This document shows positions 1 through 12,177 of a DNA stretch of 64,000 bases, in pieces. The position numbers and the translations under genes are program-made. The notes below the pieces were generated by a model. The model saw only the letters and a list, made by a program, of their open reading frames with translations, had not been told where the DNA came from and ran no database searches. Position 1 is the stretch's first letter, and each line of letters begins with the position of its first letter. The stretch lies in NCBI GenBank assembly GCA_047495785.1, contig JBLDXI010000042.1:5022001-5086000 (forward strand). Reading direction: 5' to 3'. The stretch comes from Lepidodermella squamata (taxonomy: Eukaryota > Animalia > Gastrotricha).

Positions 1-1732
1 CCAGCTCGTTTGGCTTGACCAATTTAGCAATTGTTGCTATTCTTGAACTGAAGGCTGCTGTTAACCCAGAACCTGACACTATCAAGAAAAACATTGCTGC
101 AATGAAACAAATTTCCACTGAATGAAGGCTGTCTGAGTATATCGACATCGTAATCAAAATTGAACCCAAGCACAATCCAAGTGACAGAATTAGCGATAAA
201 GCCTTGATTTGAGGAAAATTGACCGATTCAACCCCGATCTTAGCTAGCCCAGCTGCAGATATTAGCATGAAAATTCCAGCTAAAATGAAGATAATAATAG
301 TTAAATCTCGTGAAATTGTGACGAAAATGATGGCGTAATTTGGTCCATCTTTCGGAGAATCCAGTTCGCCCCACCAAGTGATATTTTGGTCTCGTAATTT
401 GACCGAATAGCTGTCGTATTCAAAATCTACACTTCCAGGTAGCTGATCGATAAAAGCAATTTCTTGCATGCCATCTCCTGGAATGAATTTCGTAACAGCC
501 TGGAAATCAGTTTCGACCAGACCTTGCTTATTGAACGATATCGGCCCTGTTCTTAGGCCTGTAACTTTGCTGTTTATCACAGTTTGATTGACGGCTTTCA
601 TGATTAGACCAGGCTGCTCATCGAAATCTCGTAGGCTGAGGTTGAAATTTTGATTCAGGACTTTCTCGCTTTCATGCAATGTATATAGAACTTTCAGGGC
701 CGAGTCGTGTAAATTGTACTCCAGCAGATAGTCCCGGCCCTCACTTTGCACAGTTCTGTTGTTCAATACGTCTAAGTATCGCTCAAAGTCGCGAACAGAT
801 TTACCAGTCGATGCCACTAAAGATCGATTGAAAGGTTTCAACATGCTGCCAAACCAAAATGTTCGATCAAACTGTTCCATCATATGGCTTGAAGTGCATC
901 CTTTCGGTACGCCATCAGCGAATCCTGTAACGTCAGCGATGAAAACAACCCTCGGACCTTGCAGACCAGCTTTGTAAGATTCGCATAGAAATTTTATGGT
1001 CTGAGTTGAAACGGCGAGCACGATGATTCTCATATCAGATGCTTTGAAGGCTGTCAATGCTGGGTCTAACTCGTCGTTTTTCGACCCATCGTCGTACATC
1101 CAACTAAGACTGACTCCGACGGTTGAGGAGAAGTTCAGGGAAACCGCTTTTTCATGCATAAACATGGCAGTTCCGTAGTCGCTTACACTTTCCATATGCG
1201 TGAGGATTCCAATTCTGTTCCATCGCCCGATGTGGCGTATGAAACGAAGCATGGCAACCGCTGTTGTCCTCAGAGTTGCCATCATCAAGTACAACTCCGG
1301 GTATTTCGCGTGATCCGATAACAAAGGGGCGGAGCATAGCGGGCTGATCGCAATTGTATTGTAGTGCTTCAACACCGGGGCGAGAGCTTTGCAGCCTGTT
1401 GAAAAATCGCCGGCTAGAATTAGAGGCGAGCTCATCTCGTAGGATTTGTTGAATTTCTCGCTTTTAAATGCGATGAATTGCGTAACTGAATCGTAACCAA
1501 AACTGTCCTCCTTGAATATGATGTTAACGTGGTAGTTCGGTAAAATATTTGGACTTTCGTTGGCGAAATCTGCAGCGGCTTGAATGCCATTTTTAAGTGC
1601 ATTAATCACCTGAGGGTCGATGATTGAAAGTGGTGTTAATGCGATGACATTTAAGCGGTAATTTTTGTTAGATTTTGCAGCATCGATGCAGCGATAAAGT
1701 ATTGCAAGCAAAATATATGCTTGAATATGCAT
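1..1732 (-). CDS. Intronless class C GPCR (GABA-B receptor-like): signal peptide, Venus-flytrap/ANF-type ectodomain and the first TM helices; 3' end lies beyond the window edge
   Basis: Manual translation from ATG 1732 gives MHIQAYILLAIL... NILPNYHVNI... SPLCSAPLLSDHAKYP... WNRIGIL and, in the same frame near the edge, ITWWGELDSPKDGP followed by three hydrophobic helices. It is absent from the ORF track because there is no stop inside the window. Confidence 0.8.
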   Translation of the reverse strand, partial: MHIQAYILLAILYRCIDAAKSNKNYRLNVIALTPLSIIDPQVINALKNGIQAAADFANESPNILPNYHVNIIFKEDSFGYDSVTQFIAFKSEKFNKSYEMSSPLILAGDFSTGCKALAPVLKHYNTIAISPLCSAPLLSDHAKYPELYLMMATLRTTAVAMLRFIRHIGRWNRIGILTHMESVSDYGTAMFMHEKAVSLNFSSTVGVSLSWMYDDGSKNDELDPALTAFKASDMRIIVLAVSTQTIKFLCESYKAGLQGPRVVFIADVTGFADGVPKGCTSSHMMEQFDRTFWFGSMLKPFNRSLVASTGKSVRDFERYLDVLNNRTVQSEGRDYLLEYNLHDSALKVLYTLHESEKVLNQNFNLSLRDFDEQPGLIMKAVNQTVINSKVTGLRTGPISFNKQGLVETDFQAVTKFIPGDGMQEIAFIDQLPGSVDFEYDSYSVKLRDQNITWWGELDSPKDGPNYAIIFVTISRDLTIIIFILAGIFMLISAAGLAKIGVESVNFPQIKALSLILSLGLCLGSILITMSIYSDSLHSVEICFIAAMFFLIVSGSGLTAAFSSRIATIAKLVKPNEL

Positions 1733-3206
1733 GGCGGATGAAACATTGTGCAATGTGGGTGAATAGCTTCGACTTTTTGTAAGCAATCGGAAACCTTTCG
1801 GAAGAAAGTGTTGCGTGACGGTTTTTGCGGAGTCTTTTTTGTTCAAATTTTTCCTGTTCTCGCGAGGTTTATGAACTACAAATGGACAATGAGTGACGCC
1901 TTGTCAAATTGATTATTTTGCGAATTCGGTTTTTTCCGCTATGACAGCCTTGAGATTTTGGGATTTGATGTACCTCTGCTAAAATGTTTCCATCTTCGGG
2001 ATGAAGTTCATAATTTTCCGAACTTTACTATTTCTCGTGTCTTTTTTCCCCTCGGGTTTGAATTTTCCAGATTTTTAACTCGAACGTTTGAATGAACCTC
2101 CTCAAGGGCCGTGTGATCAAAACAATGTTTTTATTAAAAACCAAATTATTAATAATGGAAATTCGGCGTTTTCGATAAATTTGTATTTAATTTTATAATT
2201 CGGCTCATATTAATGCAAAATTCTGGAAAATTCACCACCATTTAGGTGAATTTCTTCTTTGGCCTCAGTTCCGACAATATTTACCTGATATTGCTAATAA
2301 CTTAGTGATATTGCTCTGTCGGTAATTAGTGACAACAAAGTGATTGTCCAGCGGCACCTATACAGCTAGATTTACCTCCTCGTTGTGTTTTTTCCTAATT
2401 CTGCTATTGTCGCAAACAAAAACTAGATACTCTTTCTGTGTCTTCGGGCAGCAGGGGCCTATGCGCTACCTGCAGACCATCGTTTTTATAAAATAAAATG
2501 ATCATTGTTGTGTGATAAATATTCCCAGAAGGCGAACACATCTGGCTAATATCAAAATGACCCAGAGCAGGACATGATATTTTGCGTAATATATTAAAAT
2601 TAAAATTAATCATTACTGGACATTTCACATTTGACCGTTTCTCTTTAAAGCCACGCTTTTTCGCAAAAAATATGCGCATTTGAGGTTCGCTCTCACATCC
2701 ATTTATTTGAAATCAAGCTCGAATTCAATAAACGTCCTCAAATTTCATCTTAACATTTTTTCTCATGCAGTATTTTCAAGATCTGTGCAAAATGCGATCA
2801 CCAGATTTGCGACCTAAAGTCAAATATTAAATGTGGCAAGAGTTTAAGAAGCTTTGAAACCTCTTGAAGAGTAAAGATGGAAATATTCACGTTTTCTAGA
2901 GCGGTGAAATTTTCGTTTGCCAAGTTAGAAGAATGAGAACTCGCAACTTCGGAAATGAGCTATTTTTATATTTTTATGGCTGCCTTTTCAGTTTTTATGC
3001 AACAACACTGCTGTCCAAGCATTTCCAAAATCAGAGATGTTTGATAAAAATTCTGGCAAATTTCCTTTGGCTCACGTCGAAGATTGATAAATATAAATCT
3101 GATTAAATGTTCGTAAGAAAATTCGTTTTCTCGTGTTTTAAATATAATTTCAAGTTGAAATTTAGCTGAAAACTTGGTCCAATTTTTAATCTTTCATTTG
3201 TTACAG

Positions 3207-5949
3207 GGCGCCAGTTTGTCGATTCCACTCGTTGCCAATATCATCGCCAATTTGATCGCAATCATGTCTCTCCTCTCGCTGGCCGACTCGCTTCTAGCGT
3301 GGTTCGGCGAACGGGCTGGTCTCGCGCCGCCCCTCCTCGACGAAAAATTCACTCTTGAGGTAAATTTGTTCTATTCATTCCAACGCTTAATCGGTAATTT
3401 GTTCTTTGCTTTCACAGTTTATTGCATCTTATGTTTTCTGGCCTATCGCATTCCTGCTGGGCATTCCAGCCGAGGATTGCCGCAGAGTTGGCAAGCTCCT
3501 GGGTCTGAAATTGTTCGTCAACGAATTCGTAGCTTTTTCTTCAATGGCTGAGTACATCAAAAACCGCCAGACGCACGACGCCTACGTTTGCACCTATGCC
3601 TTGAACGAACCGGCTCTCATGCCAGAGAAAATGACCAATGGATCGTATTTGTTGCCTGTCACCGGCGCAGTCATCGGACCATTCATCAGCGTAAGTTAAA
3701 AGTACTTATTGACAGCGAAGTAGCTTACGTAGGGTACCGTATCTCGTCGATTAATAAATAGCCTCCCTCGAATAAATCCCCCCCCTCGAATACCGCAGAG
3801 GAGGGTAATTTTGGACAAAACCATGTTTTTCGATGATAAAAAATCAAACATCATCCAGAAATCAATGATTTTTGGTGCAAATGTGTGTAAGGTGAGCCCC
3901 AATTTATCGTTACACTTGGGCGATTTTAAGATTTTTACCTGATTTTCGGCGATCGAAAACAGTTTTGGCTAATTTTCGACAATTGGCGGGCAATTTTGGA
4001 CTCGGAGCTTTCCGAGCTTTGGGTCAATTTTGAAAAAATTATTAACAAATGGCGAAAAATTGAGAAGAATAATTTTTCGCTCTGCCGCATCTGTATACAG
4101 TCCGAAATAATCCGATTTTCACGTGAACTTCTGGTGAATGCCCTGCAAAAACCGAGCTTTGGAACTTCACTTTTCTTTGGATAACTAAGTAAGCAGCGCT
4201 CTTAGGTTGCCCGATCAGGAAGCATTTGAAAGCTTTGAGTAAGCTTTGAGAATTGTAAGCTAGCGAATTTCCAATTTTTCGAAAATTCCTTGTTAGTTCT
4301 CATCTCTTCGTCAAGTAGTTCCACCGCTGCTCGTTTCATTGGCTAGTTCCAGCGTTGAAGTCGATAGGAATTCCGACTTCGCCAGAGTCCTCGCAGAAGG
4401 GATTTTTCGAAGCCTTGTAAGCAGCTGGACCTTTTTGATGATTATCCATAGCTGTCACAACTAACTCATCAGAATAACGCCTGGCATTTGGATTAATTTC
4501 GCGCAGGCGCTGCTGTTCATCGAACATTGCCTGCAATTTCAGGCTTGGATTCGCCACAGAAACTTTCGCAGGATTTTCCGTGGAATTTATCGATTGAAGG
4601 TGATACGAAGAAATACTTCAAAGGCCCACGGTTCACCTTTTTCACGAATTGAAAGCGACAAGAAACGCCAAATTCCGATGTTTAGTTCTTGAGCTATTCG
4701 ATAATTCCTATCTTCCAAAATAAATTTGAAACTGAAATAGATACGTGAATGAAAAATTGGAAATTTTCGAAATTTAGCGAATTCATTCAATCAAAAAATT
4801 AGCCGTGTTGGGAGGGAGATCTTGTAAGGTGTTAGCCTACAAGTTAGATGTAACTTCGACTTCATTTCATCGAAGGGGTACCGTCTCGCGACTCTCGACC
4901 TTCTGTCCTTGTCTTCCTGCTCTTTAAGCCTGCTTTTAAGAACGACTGCCGGTTCAGAACTTGCTATTCGAGTCCCCGCGATTTATCCTAGCCGCGACTT
5001 GGCAGGGTTCAGAGCGCTGTCAGTTCTATTCGAGTGTCTGATTTTTTTCGTTTTTGTAGCGTTACCAGCCGAAACCTTTCAAACCTGTAATCAGAATAAG
5101 GGGCTTCGAAACGCTTTTCATCCTGCTGTATAACGATACAATTGAAAATTCATTTGAGAGCCATCCGATTCGGCAAGAGTTTTGTATTTCTGTGGAACAT
5201 TAGTTGACGGAGTCCCGGCAGACAGAAATGACGCTTTTCTTTGGGCAATTCAGTAGTCTCCATACTGGTGGAATATGGTTGCAGCTTTGCAATTCAACCT
5301 TGACTGGGGAAAAATACTAAATGGCAAAATTTGAATGAAAAATGCACCGCGCTGTTCGTACTGGAACCTTGGCCAAATTCATTCATTAAAATTGTTCGCC
5401 CTTTGTGGCATGTAGTGGTGAAGAAAATCTCCAATTTTAAATCTGTAGTTGAGTTCTGTAGTAGTCTCTTCAAAAAGCGAGAGAAAATTATCAGAGATAA
5501 ATAATGTTAGCTGCTCCTGCCGTCATACAGCTGATTTTTAATGTGATCAACAATTATGACTGAGGTGAAGGGCATCGTTTTCTCGACAGTTCGTAAGCTA
5601 GAACGTATAATATCCTCTTGATATTATACCTGCGGATAGCTGAATTTCGCATTCAATCATCGAATTTATCATCGAAAATTCAATAATTTCTCTATTTGTT
5701 TAGGCTAGAGCCGAGTCCTTAGGAACCTATGCTCTGTGTGGTTTCGCCAACGTAGCAGCGATGGGTATTCAAATTGGTGGCATCGGTGCTCTTGCTCCTA
5801 ATAAGAAATCGGTTCTAGCCGCAATTGCTTTTCGCTCAATGCTCACTGGAACAGCCGTTAATCTTCTCAACGCAGCCACTGCTGGGCTTCTGCTCAACTA
5901 CAGACAGCTTTCCTGGAACGAAACCTGTGCTACTTTCAAGCCAATTTGA
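3207..5949 (+). CDS. Concentrative nucleoside transporter (SLC28/CNT), 3' exons only: 3207-3359, 3418-3690, 5704-5949
   Basis: GASLSIPLVANIIANLIA, LGLKLFVNEFVAF and [26 protein letters not shown] are CNT C-terminal motifs. Splice junctions are GT-AG. The 5' exons are not in the window. Confidence 0.85.
4336..4557 (-). mobile_element. Degenerate P-element/THAP9-like transposase fragment inside the CNT intron
   Basis: NARRYSDELVVTAMDNHQKGPAAYKA resembles the RRYS/W-x-E...L-H/Y..SPxAY segment of P-element-type transposases. The flanking sequence is decayed. Confidence 0.45.
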
Positions 5950-6746
5950 CTCTAAATCTTCGATTTCTATTTTCCGACCGTGACAATCTCATTTTTCTAA
6001 TTTTGATCAATGTTCACACTCCAGATTTTATTGAATCAAAAACGTAGTCTATATGAAAATGGATAATAAACAGTATTAAATATCAAATTTACAGGTGAAA
6101 TCAGGTTTAATCGATAGCTTAAGATCGAGTTTTTGATGAAACTTCTGTAAAACAGTCATGAGTTTACTCATCATCATCTTCGCCCTTGATCATGACTTGG
6201 GCCTTTCGCAGAAGTTGACCAACCGGATCTTTGTCCTGCAGCCATCGCTTAGCCTTTTCAACCGCTTCCTGAGCCAGTTTGTCCTCATTGAGCTTGACCG
6301 TGTAGCCGTAGTCCTCAACCTTCTTCTCAAACAGATGGAGCAGCATAGTGATCATGTCCTTCACACCACCCTCGATTGCCAGATCCAGCGCAGTTTTGCC
6401 GTGTTTAGTCCGTTCCCAGAGATCAGCTCCGTTTTCAATCAAAATCTTGGCGGCTTCAACATTGCCAGATCGAACCGCAAGAAGGAGGACGGTAGGGCCC
6501 AACGCTGTATCGTACTTAACCTTAGCAGTTATGTCAGCGCCTTGATCCAGCATACCGAAGAGCGAGCAGCTTTTTTCGGTTCTATAGTTTAGTTGTTAGA
6601 GTCCACTGCGCAGCATGACATCCCACCCCGTAAGCCCCTCCCAAAGGGAGGGGTGTTTCGGCCCCCTCCCATTCAGTGCCCTCAGTGAACAAATAGATTC
6701 GTCTATACGAATACGAGTTATTCGAGTTGATTGCAAAATACGCTAA

Positions 6747-7522
6747 TGGTGCTTTCACAAATGCGTCCGACGAGCGTCCGACGTTTTCGGCGCCCGAAGT
6801 TTCGTAATAGGCGCCCGAAGTAACGTAATAGTTGTCCGACGTTTAGATTTCCTTTCACAAACGCGCGCACTTCGGCCCGCGCGCCCGAGTTTAAACAATA
6901 GCGCGTCCGACGCGGCGCGCGCACGCACAGCAAAGAACGTCGGATCGGAGGCCCCCAAAACTACCGTCCGAAGTGCGTCCGAACCGAAGTTATTAGCGCG
7001 CACTATTATTACACGCGCACCAATAGACATAAGGGCGCGCGCGCGGCCATTTGACTGCTTGACTGGCTGTAAAACACTCGAGCAGTCTTGGATTACAATG
7101 AGTCATGAAAATAATTTCGAAATTGACCAATTTTTCAATTTTCAATTTAAAGCCGCGCACAAAGAAAATTAAGGCCGGCAAAACCGCGCTGAGCGCGGCA
7201 AGAAATCATCGTATCACATAATTTTTCGATGAAATTTAGATTTCTATGATCCGCATCGCATTTCAAGTCTCATTATTTAGTTGATTTCAGCATTTACGCT
7301 GAAATGGAAATTTTTTTGCCTGACCCCTGCCTCTCGCATGCACGCGCGCTCAAGTGCGTGACACCCAGCAACTTCGGCGACTAAACAATAGAGACTTCGG
7401 GCGCCCGACCGCGCGCGCGCGTCCGAAGTGCCACTGATAACGCTCTCCGACGTTTCACTCTACCGAAGTTTGTTAGTTGCTAGCCGAAGTTTTCACCGTC
7501 GGACGCATTTGTGAAAGCACCA
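6747..7522. mobile_element. PIF/Harbinger-type MITE
   Basis: Perfect 26-bp TIR TGGTGCTTTCACAAATGCGTCCGACG, TAA target-site duplication on both sides, and subterminal CCGAAG/CCGACG repeats. Confidence 0.85.
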
Positions 7523-8589
7523 TAAAGCAAATAGATTTCGCTGACATCGCCGAACAACTCGGCCTTAGGCTTGTTAAGGAGGTCATTGCAAGCTACAGCC
7601 AACACTCCTTAGGTCGGATAATTTCACCACCGAATACAGCCTAAACCCGAGTATTCAATGGCATAACCTGACCTAAAAGTACTTCATAGCACTTGTTAAC
7701 CGTGGAGCATTCAGAATCCGAGCTGACTGCTGCCCTTATACCATTTCCAAATTTTGATGAGTTTTGTATGAATGCACTACGCACATACATTTTGTGAATG
7801 CCGCTCTAGTTTTGAGACCATCGTAAGCCGTGGACCTTGATCAACTGACTGAGAATGTCATTAGTCGAATTTTTATTCAAAAAAATGTTTTATTCACAAA
7901 ACACAAACCAAAATAAAGGATTGAATAAATAGCAGGAGACATAAGTCATGGATCAGTTTTAAAAAATTAATTGTATACATTACCGTCCTTTAATCAGTGA
8001 GGCTGTCATTAAACGTCTTCGTAAGTAGGCCACTCGCGAGCGAAACTGACAATTTTCTTTCAATTTTGGGTATGAAAATGGTCCAAAAATGCCTCGTTCT
8101 TAGTGGGGATCTATTTTTGTCATTTTGTCATTTTGAAGCCCGTGGGAAACCTGAAGGTTCGCACGAGTCCTATGGACACGGTTTTGGGAAACCTATGATG
8201 CCAAAACGGAAAAAAGTCCGGAGAAATATCGGAGCTTAGGCCAGTTAGATAGTGAGAACATTTGGAACTCTGCTGGCGAATTAGGCGCACCTAAATTTAT
8301 TTATAATTTTTCTAATTTTGAAATTTACCGTCCCGGCAAATGTCAAACAATTTCAATTTCAAAAGTTTCCGACCGCTTTTGTCTAGCAATAGCGCGTCTT
8401 CTCTATTTTGGCGCGCGATGAGCTTTGATTCATTTGAAAGCCAGCAAAAATTACAGGCGTATCCTTTTCATTCATTTTGGACGAGACAATTTTCGTAGAA
8501 ATGAGAGAAAAATGACCTTATTAAATGCTTTGGTCTAGGCACGCGTTTTTGTTTACTTTGCAGATGTTGACCTTTGCACCGCGAGATTT

Positions 8590-9060
8590 TGACAACATTA
8601 GAGGATGGATAGTTTCACATCTTAACATTTATCGCAGCCTAAATCTGCATAGAAAACGTCGACTTTTATCCCCGCAGCTTCACCGACCTGGGTCCGGGGT
8701 CCGGGTCAAAACCCCAAGTCTCCAAGTATGAAGTCAAGGATGAGGCTTTTGTCCTTTGGGATGGTCACGGATCTCACCTGACGTATGAGGTTTGTGAGTT
8801 AGTTGTGGAGCAAAACACCGAGCGAGCTAATTCGATTTCCACCTGGCTTAACGGACATGCTCCATTTAATTGATCTATCATGTTCCATCTAATGAGGGCT
8901 GGTGAGCGGTAATGCGGCGCAATAGATTCAGGGGCTTGACAGATCTGAAAAATGTTCCGGTCTTCCTGAAGCAGCTTATTGAAACACCTCTTTAGTGGCC
9001 TCACTCAATTTTGTGCTAGCAACGTTGCCGCTGGTTTCCGAGCTGGTGGTATCGAAATAG
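8590..9060 (+). mobile_element. Decayed pogo/Tigger (DDE_1) transposase fragment
   Basis: Reads AFVLWDGHGSHLTYEVCELVVEQN (DDE_1 LxxDGHxSH motif) at ~8745-8815 and NVAAGFRAGGI (NIxxGFRxxGI motif) at ~9020-9055, with stops in between. Confidence 0.65.
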
Positions 9061-12000
9061 TAAATACCGTATTTCTAGAAAGTATATCGTTTGCGACGCG
9101 CAAAAACAACCACTTTACTATTTACAGATTTTATGAGGAAAGTTCGTTCGATAGATGAAAAAATCGGTGCTCAAAAAGACTACCGTACTTCACCATTACG
9201 CTATGTGGCTAGAAGTACGATTGAATGAGTCATCTTTGTGGTTGTTTTGGCCGCAGTTAACGATGTATCCGCGCTACCTAAGACAACCCGACGAAAAAAT
9301 CATTAGTTCATAATTAACCCTAGCCTCGAAATTGACACACAGCTACTTTAATTCTAGCGATGCACGCGTTGAAAAAAATTGAATGCCTAAATAATAACGC
9401 ATGACCCTAATCACTAATTATCGCAATCGCTATCGCAATGATTGCAATGATGATGGTTTTTTTTGTAGGCCAAACTTAACTTTTTCACTTTTTCAATGAA
9501 TCGACAAATAAAATAATCCAAACGCGTCGTCTTGATATGAATTGCTCACGGCTTTTAGTGATTATTCGCAATTAAATAGTACATCCGTATACTATATCCC
9601 ACTCATTTATACAACCCGAATAAAAAATCACTCATAAATAATATAGCCCGTGGTAAATATTCGAGAAATACGGCAATTCCGTTTCATTCAAAGTCGAAAA
9701 TGTTCTCAAGCGCCTTGCCGCCAAAAAATCATAATCATCGTAGAGCTGTTCTGAAGTCAAATTTTCCGCTGAAACTGACCCTAATTCCGACATTTCTTCT
9801 GATATAACCCACTGGTAGTGTTTCTTATCGCTTGAAATAGTGTACGGCTTTGGGAAATGACTTAAATCCGACAAAGGGAGCTTGTAATTATGTGGTTCTT
9901 AGCCATTTAGAGCTTTGCCCTAATAGCTTATTTTTGATGAAGCATGCGGCGAAGCATGCGGCGAAGCAAAACCTCATTTCACCCTTAGCATGCGTTTGCA
10001 TGACAATGAGACAGCTCTGCACGTTCCGCGGATTTCAAACCTCAAAACTGAACGCGTTGCTATTCATAACTAAAGGATAGCCTTATTGCATTATTATTTT
10101 AACGTAACAATTAGTAAAAAAGCACGTTTTGACGAATTCGTCAGTCGTCCATTTTGCTTCTAGGCGATGATGTCACATCAGATGCTTTATAACGAACTTG
10201 ACGATTTTTTTACAAGCGAGCACACAAATGAGAGGAAAAGTCAGGAAAAGCTATTCTCATAGTACCGCGGGAGAGTGACAAGTACGGCCCACTTATAGGC
10301 AGTTTGAGGGGTAAATAAGAGCTCTGACTACCTCGCGCTTGGATTTCCGCAATTTTTCAATTAACAAAGTTGGGGGCCTTTCCTAAACTGCGCACGTCCT
10401 GCTGACCTGAAAAAATTACGCTATGGTGAATGAAGTGGAATAGCAGTCGTTTTGAGGGTGCACGGGTATTTTTTAATTGGAGAAGCTGCAGCTTGGGACA
10501 CGTGTATTGAGTTTCCTTTGTACATTGAAAACTTCAGAACATGGACAGTTTTTTGAATGAACAATGCATACCTACATTATTGAGCCGTGCAGAGCTATCA
10601 TCGCCCAAGAACAATCTTGGCACTTAACATAATATGACCTGTTGTAGACTGTCGCGTCGTAAGACACTGCGATCGCTGAAGCTGAATAAGTTCGACGACG
10701 CATCCTGACGTCATCAAAAGCATTGGAGCTTTGAAGCCCTCCCCCACCACATGGGGGAGGGCTTTTTTTCTCAAGCCTCATTTTTTAAGCGCCTACCTCT
10801 ATCCTCCTATATTTCGTTATCGGTTATCGATTTTTTGCAATCGATCGACAACAACGACAACTTCGACAAAATCATTCAAAAATTCACCAAAAATAGGAAA
10901 ATCACCCGAACTGGCTGAAAAAGGTTTGCTGGCATATTGAAATGACGGGCTATCGAATGACACCAAGCTCGAGGACGTGGGCCTTACAGTTGCTTAGATG
11001 CTGTTCAAGGGGGGTGTTTTACTACGTTATCTCGAAAAGGTAAAGGCGGGTTTGGAATTTTTTATTGTTGCCTCCGGCAAATTCATTTTTTTCGGCGCCA
11101 CTCATCTAGCAGCATTTTGACCACTTCACCGTTACCATTCCCAGCAGCGTATTGAAGAGGCGTGAACCGACCCGGGGCGTTTACGTCAGCGCCTGAGTCG
11201 ATCAAGGTTTTAACGGTATCACAGCTTCGGTTACAAGCTGTAGCCAATTGGAGTGGGGTGTAATCGACGAGCCGAGGCCAACCCCGGCAAAGTGAGTGTT
11301 TACTGTCCACAGATGAATGACGAGTATTGACGTCTAAAATATCGCGGAAAGTTTCGCCCAGCAGCTTTTTGACCTTGGGCGCGTTATCTTCGTAAATTGC
11401 CTCGCTAACCTTCGATTTCACCTGGCTCATGTAGACAGCTTTCTGCTTGGCTTGTTCCAACTCCTCAGCGTATCGAGCTTCGTCCCCAGCGTGGCGATAC
11501 TGGTAGATGGCTGTGTAGAGTCCGAAAGAGACAACAGGGAGAAGGAGGACGAACGAAGCGATCATTGCGATAATGCAGACCAATCGTCCGCATTTTCGCT
11601 GTTTTCGATCAATTTTCGGGTAGCTGGAAATTGGGTAAACGTCAGCTGGCTCTCCATTAAACTTCGAGGATCTCGGGCTTTGTTCAACCTCGGATTCTTC
11701 CAAGATATTTGCGTCATCGTCTTCCCCAAGTTTTCCGTAAAGTTTCGCTGGCATTTTATTGCATGCAAAACGTTTTCTAACAGAAGAAGATAGCAAAAAT
11801 GAAGATCTGCTCGAAGGCCTAGACTTTATTTTGACGAAATCGATATTGGTGTACCGACACGTTTACATGCGGTTACCTGGCAAGAAGACTCACCTGGTAT
11901 GTGTGATAAGGCGTTTAATTATTTACACGAGCAATAACATCATAGCTGCAAGTTTTGCGCTGTTTTTTGTCTAACACGTGAACGCACCTCAAATTCCAGC

Positions 12001-12177
12001 AATATCGATTTTATTACCGGGCTGAACACCGCCGACACATCTGTCATCCGAAAAGTTTGAATAAAAATGTTGGCGTGAAAAATCGAAGAGACATTTTGAA
12101 AATAAGATTAATCACTGAGGTCCCTAGCAAGAAAGTGGCAGTATGATTTCAAAAATATGAAGAGAATTGACAAATAA

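Larger units (their letters stand above)
6164..11796 (-). pseudogene. Single-pass membrane-anchored ankyrin-repeat gene, split in two (11083-11796 and 6164-6579) by a ~4.5 kb insertion
   Basis: The N-half has a TM helix (LVCIIAMIASFVLLLPVVSFGLYTAIY) and repeats YTPLQLA and FTPLQYAAGNGNGEVVKMLLD. The C-half continues MLDQGAD...TVLLLAVRSGNVEAAKILIENGAD...KTALDLA. TTTTTTCGG occurs at both junctions (6571-6579 and 11087-11095). Confidence 0.6.

Noticed and set aside
6718-7030. Arg/Ala-rich ORFs here and at 47414-47809 that resemble each other
   Set aside because: Both lie inside the Harbinger MITEs; the similarity comes from non-coding repeat DNA.
9632-9874. 80-aa ORF inside the insertion
   Set aside because: No recognisable motif or gene structure.
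10572-10720. Faint MADF-like pattern (ELIQ...SYD...SWAMIA)
   Set aside because: Needs a frame change and the match is too weak to support.
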